22,855 nt of DNA from an uncultured euryarchaeote (GTDB lineage: Archaea; Thermoplasmatota; Poseidoniia; Poseidoniales; Poseidoniaceae), in assembly GCA_937899865.1 (NCBI GenBank), contig CALBRH010000005.1, positions 1 through 22,855 on the forward strand, given 5' to 3'. The notes below the pieces were generated by a model that was not told the DNA's origin, ran no database searches, and saw nothing but the letters and a program-made list of their open reading frames with translations. Numbering within the stretch: position 1 is the stretch's first letter; each line of letters starts with the position of its first letter. The position numbers were made by a program, and so were the translations under genes. This document shows positions 1 through 7,578 of the stretch, in pieces.

Positions 1-55
1 GATCGCTACCTTGGCATGGTAGAGGCCCCGAGTTCAAATCTCGGCACGTCCACCA
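1..55 (+). tRNA. tRNA-Ala(GGC), 3' portion (5' end lies outside the window)
   Basis: Anticodon stem CTACC(6-10)/GGTAG(18-22) with loop TTGGCAT, anticodon GGC at 13-15. T-arm CCGAG-TTCAAAT-CTCGG (28-44). Acceptor 3' strand CACGTCC has U at position 70, as expected for the G3:U70 Ala identity pair. Discriminator A and encoded CCA (53-55). No intron. Confidence 0.96.
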
Positions 56-127
56 CCTTTGATTAAATCGACATAATTTAAGATATTGAAAGCAAGGATT
101 TGTTGGCGTAATAATTAATCAGTAGAG

Positions 128-1054
128 TTGTGTGTCATTGTCATGGTAAGTCAAGGTGAAGATGAGGTTGTCACCCAAATACCCAAAGTTAAGCAGGTTA
201 AGATTGCCTCTTCATTCAACGAATTTCGTGAGTTTATTCAACATAACACACCGTGTGTTCTCTCTCAAGATTCAATCTATTCATTTCAAGATATTTTGGG
301 TGAATCTTGGCTAAGAGAACATGCGGGTCAAAGCCAAGTTTGCTTACGAAAGTCTCCAACTGGAAGATTCATAGATCCATCAGATAGTATTTTGAACATT
401 GCAAAGTCGCTAAGTGGAAAGAAAATTACGCTAAATGAATTTTTAAACCTTAAACAGTCGAGGACAATGTTATCTGGCACTGACACATATATTTTCACAA
501 AAGATTCAGTAGTTGAACAATGGTCAGATTTATGGTCTCATGCTCAAGAGGTTTTGCATGAACACGGGGGTGAAAAATCATTGATTTCAAGATCAAGACT
601 ATCCACTGTTGGTTTTTGGTTAAGTCGAGGTGGAATTCAATCAATCACTCATTATGATAATTCTCTCGACAATAATTTGAACTTTCAAATCAAAGGAAAA
701 AAAGAGTTTTTGATGTTCCCCCCTCAAGACTGGAAATATTTGAAAACATTCAAAGCGATGAGCATGCATCCTTTTTCATTCTTTCATGATATTAAAAAAG
801 GTGATTTCAACTCAATTCAGCAACAAAACTGTCAACCTCAAATGGTTGAGTTGAATGAAGGTGACATCCTATTCATCCCTTCAGGTTGGTTCCATTTTGT
901 GGAACATGTTGATGACTTGAACATCAATATGACCTACTGGTTCAAAACAGGATTGACAAAAAAAGAAATGATTAAGCCAAAACAAAGCCTTAGGAATATT
1001 TTCATTCCAATGAAATTGTCAATCGCATTCCTATTGGGATATTTTGTATCATAA
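128..1054 (+). CDS. JmjC / cupin-like (Cupin_8 type) Fe(II)/2-oxoglutarate-dependent oxygenase
   Basis: Numbering from the ORF track: FWLSRGGIQSITHYD gives H175-x-D177; NFQIKGKKEF gives the 2OG-binding Lys192; ELNEGDILFIPSGWFHFVEH gives the distal H256; INMTYWF closes the beta-helix. The likelier start is the ATG at 143. The C-terminus is hydrophobic. Confidence 0.9.
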   Translation: MCVIVMVSQGEDEVVTQIPKVKQVKIASSFNEFREFIQHNTPCVLSQDSIYSFQDILGESWLREHAGQSQVCLRKSPTGRFIDPSDSILNIAKSLSGKKITLNEFLNLKQSRTMLSGTDTYIFTKDSVVEQWSDLWSHAQEVLHEHGGEKSLISRSRLSTVGFWLSRGGIQSITHYDNSLDNNLNFQIKGKKEFLMFPPQDWKYLKTFKAMSMHPFSFFHDIKKGDFNSIQQQNCQPQMVELNEGDILFIPSGWFHFVEHVDDLNINMTYWFKTGLTKKEMIKPKQSLRNIFIPMKLSIAFLLGYFVS

Positions 1055-1076
1055 TTCAATAGATTATACTACCAAA

Positions 1077-1835
1077 TTAATTTTTTAACTTAATTGGTTG
1101 TTGAACTCTCACCCTTTTATACACCAATGTCAAACAAGCTATCATGCATAAGCATGTTGCAATTATATTGATAGTATTATCTAGTTTAGTGTATTGAACT
1201 AAACCTGGCAAAATTGATTCGTAAAATCCAAGATTTCCATCCCTACCAATTAGATCAAGTGTTATGATTAGGTAAAGGCTGTAGACTCTAAAATTTAACC
1301 ATTCAAACCAGTTTTTCGTAAAGACAGGCAGAAGTATACCGAGAGTTAAAATGATAATTCCAGGTATAATGTACTCAGTATGCCCATCTAATCTAAGGAA
1401 TCCTAAAATTAGTGTAAAAGTGTATACGCAACTCCATAACGGGTCATTGAACCCTAAATATCCGTTTTTGTTGAGTTCAAAATTCGGCATCGAAAGTATC
1501 AAGCAAAGCCCCATCAAAAAAATTGCATAATCCGAATATGACAAAGAAAAAATTGCCGGTATCAAAATATTAAGAAGTAGAACAATTTCTAAAAAACCTA
1601 TCAGAAAAGAATTTTCTTTTATCTTAAAGTTGAAACCTTGCAAGTATGCAAAACATATAATTGGAAAAACAACAACTATAACTTTCAATCTAAAAAACAA
1701 ATTTAGATCCTCATAAGCTCCAAACAGCATTACTGATATTGAGAATAGTGTAACAAAATAAAAGCTAGTTTTTGTGTACTTTTTCATTAACCAAACAAAA
1801 ATCAAAACTAAAGCAGAAAGGAGCGGTATAAACAA
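1077..1835 (-). CDS. Polytopic membrane protein of unknown function (about 7-8 TM helices; possibly DUF5692-like)
   Basis: Series of hydrophobic segments. The motifs NIL..A, W..VYT and W...RVYSL resemble my recollection of DUF5692-like proteins (unverified). It is the last gene of the minus-strand operon. A GGAGG at 1856-1860 suggests the start may be the in-frame CTG at 1847. Confidence 0.7.
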   Translation of the reverse strand: MFIPLLSALVLIFVWLMKKYTKTSFYFVTLFSISVMLFGAYEDLNLFFRLKVIVVVFPIICFAYLQGFNFKIKENSFLIGFLEIVLLLNILIPAIFSLSYSDYAIFLMGLCLILSMPNFELNKNGYLGFNDPLWSCVYTFTLILGFLRLDGHTEYIIPGIIILTLGILLPVFTKNWFEWLNFRVYSLYLIITLDLIGRDGNLGFYESILPGLVQYTKLDNTINIIATCLCMIACLTLVYKRVRVQQPIKLKN

Positions 1836-1855
1836 AATTAAATCCAGAGTTAAAA

Positions 1856-1860
1856 CCTCC
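1856..1860 (-). promoter_or_regulatory. Shine-Dalgarno-like GGAGG upstream of the 1077-1835 gene
   Basis: Minus strand reads TAA-GAA-GGAGG-TTTTAACT-CTG-GAT-TTA-ATT-TTG, directly after the stop of the upstream gene. Confidence 0.5.
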
Positions 1861-1863
1861 TTC

Positions 1864-3468
1864 TTATTCTTCGCATTCTAACGTCCTCCGCATTCCAGCA
1901 GCAAAATATGGTATTGCATATATTGTAAACACCCAAATAGAAGAAAGTGTCCAAGCTAGCCAAACTGGAATTGAGGCTGGAGGGTCGACCTCTAATGTGA
2001 TATGATCGCTAAACTCTTCACCAGCAATCGACGCCTTAATCTCCAATGTTTGATTTCCGCTGAATGTGAAATAATTTTCACCAAACCAGATAGATTGCCC
2101 AGGATATTGTTTGAATTCTTGAATCATCCTTACTTCGCCATTATCATCAAGATAGACAATCTCTGTCCACATTTTATCAATGCGCGATTCATTGTCTTCA
2201 GCAACTAATAGAATCTCACATGATTGGGGTGCTTTTGGTGGCCAAAGCATGAATTCTACCCAGACCTCAATTCCATCTATTTCGACTTCGATGCGCATTG
2301 GAGCATCAAATCCTGAACCTTCCTCGAAATTGTTGTCATGTGCGCTGACCGGAGTTATGAATAATAGAACCAATAATATCGCAAGAGATTTTGTTCTTGG
2401 TTTGAATTCAATGATTCCACTTTCTAGCGAAGAAAGGATTCTTGCAAAGTATTTGAGAATTAAAGGTATGCTAAGCCTGAGCAATAAGAATGCGATTACC
2501 AAATTCGCCATTGTGACCAAAAGTCCCACTTTTGATGGATAAAAGACCGGGAGAAAAGGTGAGAAAATTACATCGCTTAGTAATGCAACAATTACCAGTA
2601 AATTTGGACGATTAGCCAAATCGAATTTTGCAAATACAAATGCGACCAAGACGAAAAGGTATGTAACACAATGTGCAGCCCATACTGTGTTTGGAGCACC
2701 TGGACGATAAGTGTGTGAAGGACCCATTAGAATGTCTACTGTGATAGGAATAAAAATGAACATAGCACTTTGGATTACGAAGGTAAATCCGCCGAGAATA
2801 TAGATTACTTTAGGATCAAACCATTGCTTAGCAATTAGCAATATTGCAATTACAACTATTGGCCCAAAGTATAGATGTAACATCGTCGTAAATCCGAAAA
2901 CCGAAATTGTTGCTGCTCGAGGGTCAATGAAGTTCAAAAATGCGAAGCTTCCATGTAATAATAAAGTCCACAGGAGTATCGCTGCAAGAACATTTTTGCC
3001 TCTGAATTGATTCTCAGTATCATATTTCATCAAATCTCTAACCAACAAAACACTGGCAAATTCAGCCAACATTCCGCCGAATAATGTAAACATGTGTGGT
3101 GGAGTTATCACAGTGGTGTCGATACCAAATTGAGCATGCCAATAATCATCATAAATCGCACCTATTCCAATTGAAAACATCCCAAGTAAAATCATCCAAA
3201 CAGAACCTGGGGCAACAAATCCGAATATTTTGAATCCTGAAATTTCTTTGCCAGATTTGTAGTCTTTTGTATTGATAAATAAATAGTATAATGAAAACAA
3301 TATACAGAACGGAAATCCTGCCAAAATCATCACATGAGGTGGAGTCAACATTCTGTCCCTACCCACATCTAAATGCCATTGAATATCGATTGAGAGTCCC
3401 AATCTGGCAATTAGATGGTACAGTGTTAAGAAGATACAGAAGAAATAGACGAATCTTGGTCTATTCAA
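1864..3468 (-). CDS. Polytopic membrane protein with an N-terminal PmoC/AmoC-like metal-binding region and a C-terminal extracytoplasmic beta-rich domain
   Basis: Two motifs, D28-IQW-H32-LDVGRDRMLTPP-H45 and D107-DYW-H111-AQFGIDTTVITPP-H125, have the ligand spacing of the PmoC CuC and CuD sites. About 10 TM helices follow, then VSA-H377, a soluble domain and a C-terminal TM helix. The TTG start overlaps the upstream stop and has an SD GGAGGGT at 3474-3480. Confidence 0.75.
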   Translation of the reverse strand: MNRPRFVYFFCIFLTLYHLIARLGLSIDIQWHLDVGRDRMLTPPHVMILAGFPFCILFSLYYLFINTKDYKSGKEISGFKIFGFVAPGSVWMILLGMFSIGIGAIYDDYWHAQFGIDTTVITPPHMFTLFGGMLAEFASVLLVRDLMKYDTENQFRGKNVLAAILLWTLLLHGSFAFLNFIDPRAATISVFGFTTMLHLYFGPIVVIAILLIAKQWFDPKVIYILGGFTFVIQSAMFIFIPITVDILMGPSHTYRPGAPNTVWAAHCVTYLFVLVAFVFAKFDLANRPNLLVIVALLSDVIFSPFLPVFYPSKVGLLVTMANLVIAFLLLRLSIPLILKYFARILSSLESGIIEFKPRTKSLAILLVLLFITPVSAHDNNFEEGSGFDAPMRIEVEIDGIEVWVEFMLWPPKAPQSCEILLVAEDNESRIDKMWTEIVYLDDNGEVRMIQEFKQYPGQSIWFGENYFTFSGNQTLEIKASIAGEEFSDHITLEVDPPASIPVWLAWTLSSIWVFTIYAIPYFAAGMRRTLECEE

Positions 3469-4171
3469 TATTTACCCTCCATCTCAAATTAGAGACCCTA
3501 CCATTTCGATTCTTGATGCGATGTGTGATGATTCCGTTCTTTGATTTTGCCCATTCGAAAAAACGAGATACTTGCTCACCTGAAAGCCATTCTGAGGATG
3601 CAATAAATATATCGTCTTCAATACGATGATTGGTAATTTCTGGATCAGAAGTAAATGCTTCTGAATGATATTTTTTGTTCATTATTGCTGTGGAAGTAAA
3701 ACCATTTTGCTGTTTGTAATCAAAACTGCAATCAAGAATTTCCAATGGTCCATCTTTGGAAATAATGGCTACAAATGATATTGGGTTATGATTCCATTCA
3801 GTTTCTTTGTTTGGGCGATAATCGCCCGCTGTGAACAGAGCATACTTACAATCCATTGTCGGCAATAGGTCTGCGATTGTTTCTAGTGCATGATGAGGGC
3901 CACAACTACCGTCAAGAACATCAAAGGAGAATACATGTTTGCTGCTTGAGCTTATATCTTCACATCCAATTTTGAGGGCTTGTTGTAAATGGGCTGCAAA
4001 GGCAGGTTCTTGACGGAAATTTTGGCGATATGTCCCGGTGTGTACAATCAAACCGATATCTTGCAAATCTATTTGATGCTGCTTGCACAATTTATGAGTA
4101 ATACCCTTTAATGATTTTAACAAGGATTTTTTGTTGATTGGCTCAAACCTGAATGCCAAAATACCTACCAT
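3461..4171 (-). CDS. Truncated thiolase-fold / KAS III-like protein lacking the canonical catalytic triad (putative non-catalytic partner subunit)
   Basis: DIGLIVHTG...QEPAFAAHLQQAL...FSFDVLDGSCG...ALFTAGD aligns with the N-terminal half of the adjacent ketosynthase. Ser89 sits at the catalytic Cys position. There is no C-terminal HQ or GN motif, and the protein is only 236 aa. Its ATG overlaps the upstream stop (ATGGTAG). Confidence 0.75.
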   Translation of the reverse strand: MVGILAFRFEPINKKSLLKSLKGITHKLCKQHQIDLQDIGLIVHTGTYRQNFRQEPAFAAHLQQALKIGCEDISSSSKHVFSFDVLDGSCGPHHALETIADLLPTMDCKYALFTAGDYRPNKETEWNHNPISFVAIISKDGPLEILDCSFDYKQQNGFTSTAIMNKKYHSEAFTSDPEITNHRIEDDIFIASSEWLSGEQVSRFFEWAKSKNGIITHRIKNRNGRVSNLRWRVNIE

Positions 4172-5187
4172 TTTTCAACCCCCAAGGGGAGATAAAAATT
4201 CATGCCAATGAGTGATAGTCCTGAACCGAAGGCAATGAAGTAAATCTTCTGATTAGATTCCAATTTTCCGTCTTCAAGCAATTTTTCCAAAACGGTTACA
4301 TGAGAGGTAGATGCTGTGTTTCCTGTGTCATTAATCGAGCGAACTGCTTCTGAGTGACCCAAGGCTTTTCCAATAACTAATGCGCCTTTTTCGACCGCCC
4401 GTGGTGTAGTTTGATGAGAAATAACATGCTGATGTGAACTCCATTCTTCTGGACTCTTAATATCACGTTTAAGATATTCTCCTAGATTTGAAAGTGCAGC
4501 ATTTTGAAGTTTTCTAGATTCTGTTCTCATCGCTGGACCTGGTCTACCAATGGCAGCATCACCAATACACAGCTGGCTATATTGCGCCAATGTTATTGGC
4601 TCAAAGAATCGAATTCTATCTTCTTCGCTTCTAGAAATGACATAAGCTCCTCCAGCATCACCAATGGTCAAACTTGCAAGCGCTTTTGGATTTAATAGCA
4701 GGTTTTTACCTAGTGCTTCGTACAAAGCACCGGTCAGATATTCTCCTGAAACCACTAGTGCATTACGAATTTTTCCAGCCTTAATTTTTCTATCTGCAAT
4801 CAGTAATCCTGTAACCATTCCTGAACAAGCGTTGGCTACATCAAAATTTTGAGCATTGATACCAAGTGCTGTACTGATGTTAGATGCTAGGCATGGTTCG
4901 ATCAAATTTTGAAGTTTGGAATTCAACTTGGTTACCGAGCAAGAAATCACTAAATCAATCTCCTCTTTAGACACCCCTGACCTTTCAATCGCTTTGTTGG
5001 CAGCTTCTACTGCCAGTTCTAGCGAACCTTGGCCTTCTAAGACCTCATGATGAGACTCGATTTTGGTCAATCGCTTGAAGTCGATTCCTCTAGGAAGTGT
5101 GCCAAAAGGAATGGTGTCTTCGCTTGTTTTGAGATTTGGTGGAAGGTAACACGCGAATCCACTTATTTGTGTGTTCAAATCAACCAC
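4165..5187 (-). CDS. 3-oxoacyl-ACP synthase III family (FabH/OleA-like) condensing enzyme
   Basis: FDVANAC121SG nucleophile; ALVVSGE; GDAGGA; SH258Q; GN290TASTSH; FGSG at the C-terminus; OleA-like E97-P motif upstream of the Cys. Confidence 0.92.
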   Translation of the reverse strand: MVDLNTQISGFACYLPPNLKTSEDTIPFGTLPRGIDFKRLTKIESHHEVLEGQGSLELAVEAANKAIERSGVSKEEIDLVISCSVTKLNSKLQNLIEPCLASNISTALGINAQNFDVANACSGMVTGLLIADRKIKAGKIRNALVVSGEYLTGALYEALGKNLLLNPKALASLTIGDAGGAYVISRSEEDRIRFFEPITLAQYSQLCIGDAAIGRPGPAMRTESRKLQNAALSNLGEYLKRDIKSPEEWSSHQHVISHQTTPRAVEKGALVIGKALGHSEAVRSINDTGNTASTSHVTVLEKLLEDGKLESNQKIYFIAFGSGLSLIGMNFYLPLGVEKW

Positions 5188-5234
5188 CTAAGCAATTCTC
5201 GTTTCTTCTCAGTAAAAAAAGATTGAGCCGACAG

Positions 5235-6353
5235 TCATTTACCATTCCATTCGAATTCGTAGGTTGTTGCAGCAATCAAAGAAATTCTACGTCTTAGAGC
5301 AACCATTGTAAATCCGAGCAGTGAAATCAATTGTAAAAATCCAGGCCGAGGGTCAAAGACATTCCATTCTACCGATTTAGACCTCTTGATTGCTTTTCTC
5401 CAGTTCTTGAAATGACCTTTTTTAAAGAGGTTAGATACGAGGTTTATCCACATTGGCAAAACCAATCTTCGACTTGATCCAGTGCATTGGATTACTTCTC
5501 CATTCAAGATTGCATTATCGATCTTATCTTTAGTGGAATACAGATGTAATGCACTGGTTGCTCTGGGATTGCATTCTATTGGCCGTACTATTCCGTCCTC
5601 GCCAAGTATAACATCGAATGAAAGGAATCCAGTGTAGTTACAATTTGATGCGACTTTTTCGATTATACCACCTAAGTCCCCTTTACCGGTTTTCTCGAAA
5701 AAAACTGAACTTTTAGAAACGGTAAATTCGCTAGAGTATGCCACGCATGACAAAACTTTGCCATCTTTGCAAATTCCTTGCAAACAGTATTGTTTTCCAC
5801 CTAGCCTTTTTTGAAGAATCCAAGGGTTTGATTCACTTACATCAATTTTTAATTTGTTTAGATCAGGCTTCATAATAACATTTTCACCAAATCTTGAATA
5901 CACCGGTTTTAGAATATGATCTGGAGTTAGTTTTGATTTGATTTGTGAGATATTTTTTACCAAAATCGTTTCAGGAACATCAATACCTATGCTTTTTGCA
6001 AATTCAATGAATTCAAATTTATTGTGTAATCTATTCAAAGTCTCGATATCTGAACAGAAGTGATCACAATCTAAAGTCCCAAGGTTCAATCCATGGTGGA
6101 AGGTTTCTTCATATACTGGGATTACACAATCAATGGCTTCTGTTTTCACAACATGTTGCAACCACTGCGAAAACTGTTGGCTCTCGAAACGAGGCGATGG
6201 ATGACGCAAACATTTGTTTGGCCAAGATCTCCATCTACCCAAGTGAAATCTCTTAGTATCTGCCAAAATAACAGAGTGCCCTGATTCATGCAACAATCTA
6301 CCGAGGTGTATGGCTGCAGGACTTCTTGCACATGTCACAAGTACCTTTGCCAT
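5235..6353 (-). CDS. ATP-grasp domain protein (PRK06849-like)
   Basis: N-terminal KVLVTCARSPAA..L.R.L...GH.V.LAD; HPSPR; IDCVIPVYEE; LHNKFEF; ILKPVYSRFG; WILQKRL.G.QY; FLSFD; IECNPRATS. Confidence 0.9.
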   Translation of the reverse strand: MAKVLVTCARSPAAIHLGRLLHESGHSVILADTKRFHLGRWRSWPNKCLRHPSPRFESQQFSQWLQHVVKTEAIDCVIPVYEETFHHGLNLGTLDCDHFCSDIETLNRLHNKFEFIEFAKSIGIDVPETILVKNISQIKSKLTPDHILKPVYSRFGENVIMKPDLNKLKIDVSESNPWILQKRLGGKQYCLQGICKDGKVLSCVAYSSEFTVSKSSVFFEKTGKGDLGGIIEKVASNCNYTGFLSFDVILGEDGIVRPIECNPRATSALHLYSTKDKIDNAILNGEVIQCTGSSRRLVLPMWINLVSNLFKKGHFKNWRKAIKRSKSVEWNVFDPRPGFLQLISLLGFTMVALRRRISLIAATTYEFEWNGK

Positions 6354-6376
6354 GAACTTTCCACCTTGATGTATCG

Positions 6377-6383
6377 AATAAAG
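6377..6383 (-). promoter_or_regulatory. TATA-like box (CTTTATT) of the ATP-grasp gene
   Basis: Lies 24-30 nt upstream of the ATG at 6353. The same spacing recurs at several other genes in this window. Confidence 0.45.
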
Positions 6384-6447
6384 TATGGCTATGACAAATC
6401 CTTTAGCCGGCGAAAAAATGTAATATTCGGTCTGGTCTGATTACGCT

Positions 6448-7557
6448 ATGGAAACTCTCTCTCACCTTGATTTAGTGCAGGGGTGGGATGAAATGATTCG
6501 TCAACATGGATGGGCAAATCTTGCTGACAATTTAGAATGTGAATCTGGATTGATATCTATTGGAGATAAGTTGGTTCCATACACTAAAAATCATATGACT
6601 AAAGAAACATTATGCTACACGATTTCTACTTTTACTCACTATTATCATTACTTAAGGGAAGAAATGGATATAGTTGGTCTTCGCTTTTCAAAGTTGATAT
6701 TAATGCCTCCGCTATGGTTAATCGGCTTTTTTCTGCGCTTTGCAAAGGTAGACCAAGCCTTTACCATCAATAATTTTGGTCTTTCAACAAATCTTTTTCC
6801 TAAGGGGTTGAGAGCAAAAGAATGGGAAGAAGTTGTATCAGAGGTTGAAAAATCAAATCCAAAACATGCGATTTTAGTTCGCTCGGTTAACCGGGGCCTA
6901 AATTCTAATGATTATGATGCTCTAATAGGATGTGGATTCAAGCCAATGTTTGCTCGCAATGTGTTGTTGTTTCCACACAAACCAATCGAGCTCTTCCAAA
7001 AAGGAAAAAGGCGACAAATTCTACGTGATGAAAAACTTGAACAAAAGTTGGGCTTTGAATGGCTATCAGAAGTCAAATTAAATGAAGAGCAGGCATCACG
7101 TGTCGCCGATTTATATAACCAATTATACCTAGGTAAATATTCCAAAAATAACCCTCGTTTCACGCCATTATTTCATTACGAGTGTTCCAATCGGAAAATT
7201 TTGAATTATCAATTATTATTCGACGGAGACCAAATCATTGGAGTATTAGGCATGAAGGTTGTAGACGAAGTTTCAACCACGCCGATTTTGGGTTATGATC
7301 ATCATCACCCAAATGCAAATGTTCTGTACCGAATTATTACTGCCAAAATCACTAGAACCAGTTCAGATTGTAATTTCCACCGGCATGCGAGTTCCGGGGC
7401 AAATAAATTCAAGCAATTACGCGGCGGTGTGACAAATGAAGAATTCACCATGGTCAAGACATCACATTTATCTTGGTGGCGTCGTCTAAATTGGGGACTA
7501 ATCCGTTTTATGGCTCAAAAGATTGGTAGACCTTTAACCCACAAATTCGAAACCTAA
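6448..7557 (+). CDS. GNAT-fold (Fem/Acetyltransf_6-like) transferase of the family usually found next to PRK06849-type ATP-grasp genes
   Basis: Motifs CYTISTFTHYYHYLREE, NNFGLSTNLFP, HAILVRSVN, KRRQILRD, LYNQLYLGKYSKNNPRFT, TPILGYD...LYR and SSGANKFKQLRGG. The gene is divergent from the ATP-grasp gene. Confidence 0.75.
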   Translation: METLSHLDLVQGWDEMIRQHGWANLADNLECESGLISIGDKLVPYTKNHMTKETLCYTISTFTHYYHYLREEMDIVGLRFSKLILMPPLWLIGFFLRFAKVDQAFTINNFGLSTNLFPKGLRAKEWEEVVSEVEKSNPKHAILVRSVNRGLNSNDYDALIGCGFKPMFARNVLLFPHKPIELFQKGKRRQILRDEKLEQKLGFEWLSEVKLNEEQASRVADLYNQLYLGKYSKNNPRFTPLFHYECSNRKILNYQLLFDGDQIIGVLGMKVVDEVSTTPILGYDHHHPNANVLYRIITAKITRTSSDCNFHRHASSGANKFKQLRGGVTNEEFTMVKTSHLSWWRRLNWGLIRFMAQKIGRPLTHKFET

Positions 7558-7562
7558 TGATG

Positions 7563-7578
7563 CTTTTTTGAAATTCAA
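7563..7578. terminator. T-tract and short inverted repeat between convergent genes
   Basis: A T6 run follows the stop at 7557 and overlaps the inverted repeat TTTGAA-A-TTCAAA. Oligo-T tracts are typical archaeal terminators. Confidence 0.35.

Noticed and set aside
128-1054. tRNA-modifying TYW5 role suggested by the adjacent tRNA
   Set aside because: TYW5 acts on tRNA-Phe, not tRNA-Ala, and tRNA adjacency is better explained as an island insertion site.
1864-3468. Calling this locus a methane or ammonia monooxygenase operon
   Set aside because: There are no PmoA/AmoA or PmoB/AmoB genes nearby. Only the C-subunit-type ligand motifs are seen, and the context is biosynthetic.
4165-5187. Archaeal HMG-CoA synthase (the usual FabH-like protein of archaea)
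   Set aside because: It lacks the EFACKAG-type motif and the thiolase/DUF35 neighbours. Its FDVANAC, HQ and GN motifs fit KAS III/OleA instead.
4165-5187. Complete oleABCD olefin pathway
   Set aside because: No OleB, OleC or OleD homologue is visible in the window, so no gene symbol is assigned.
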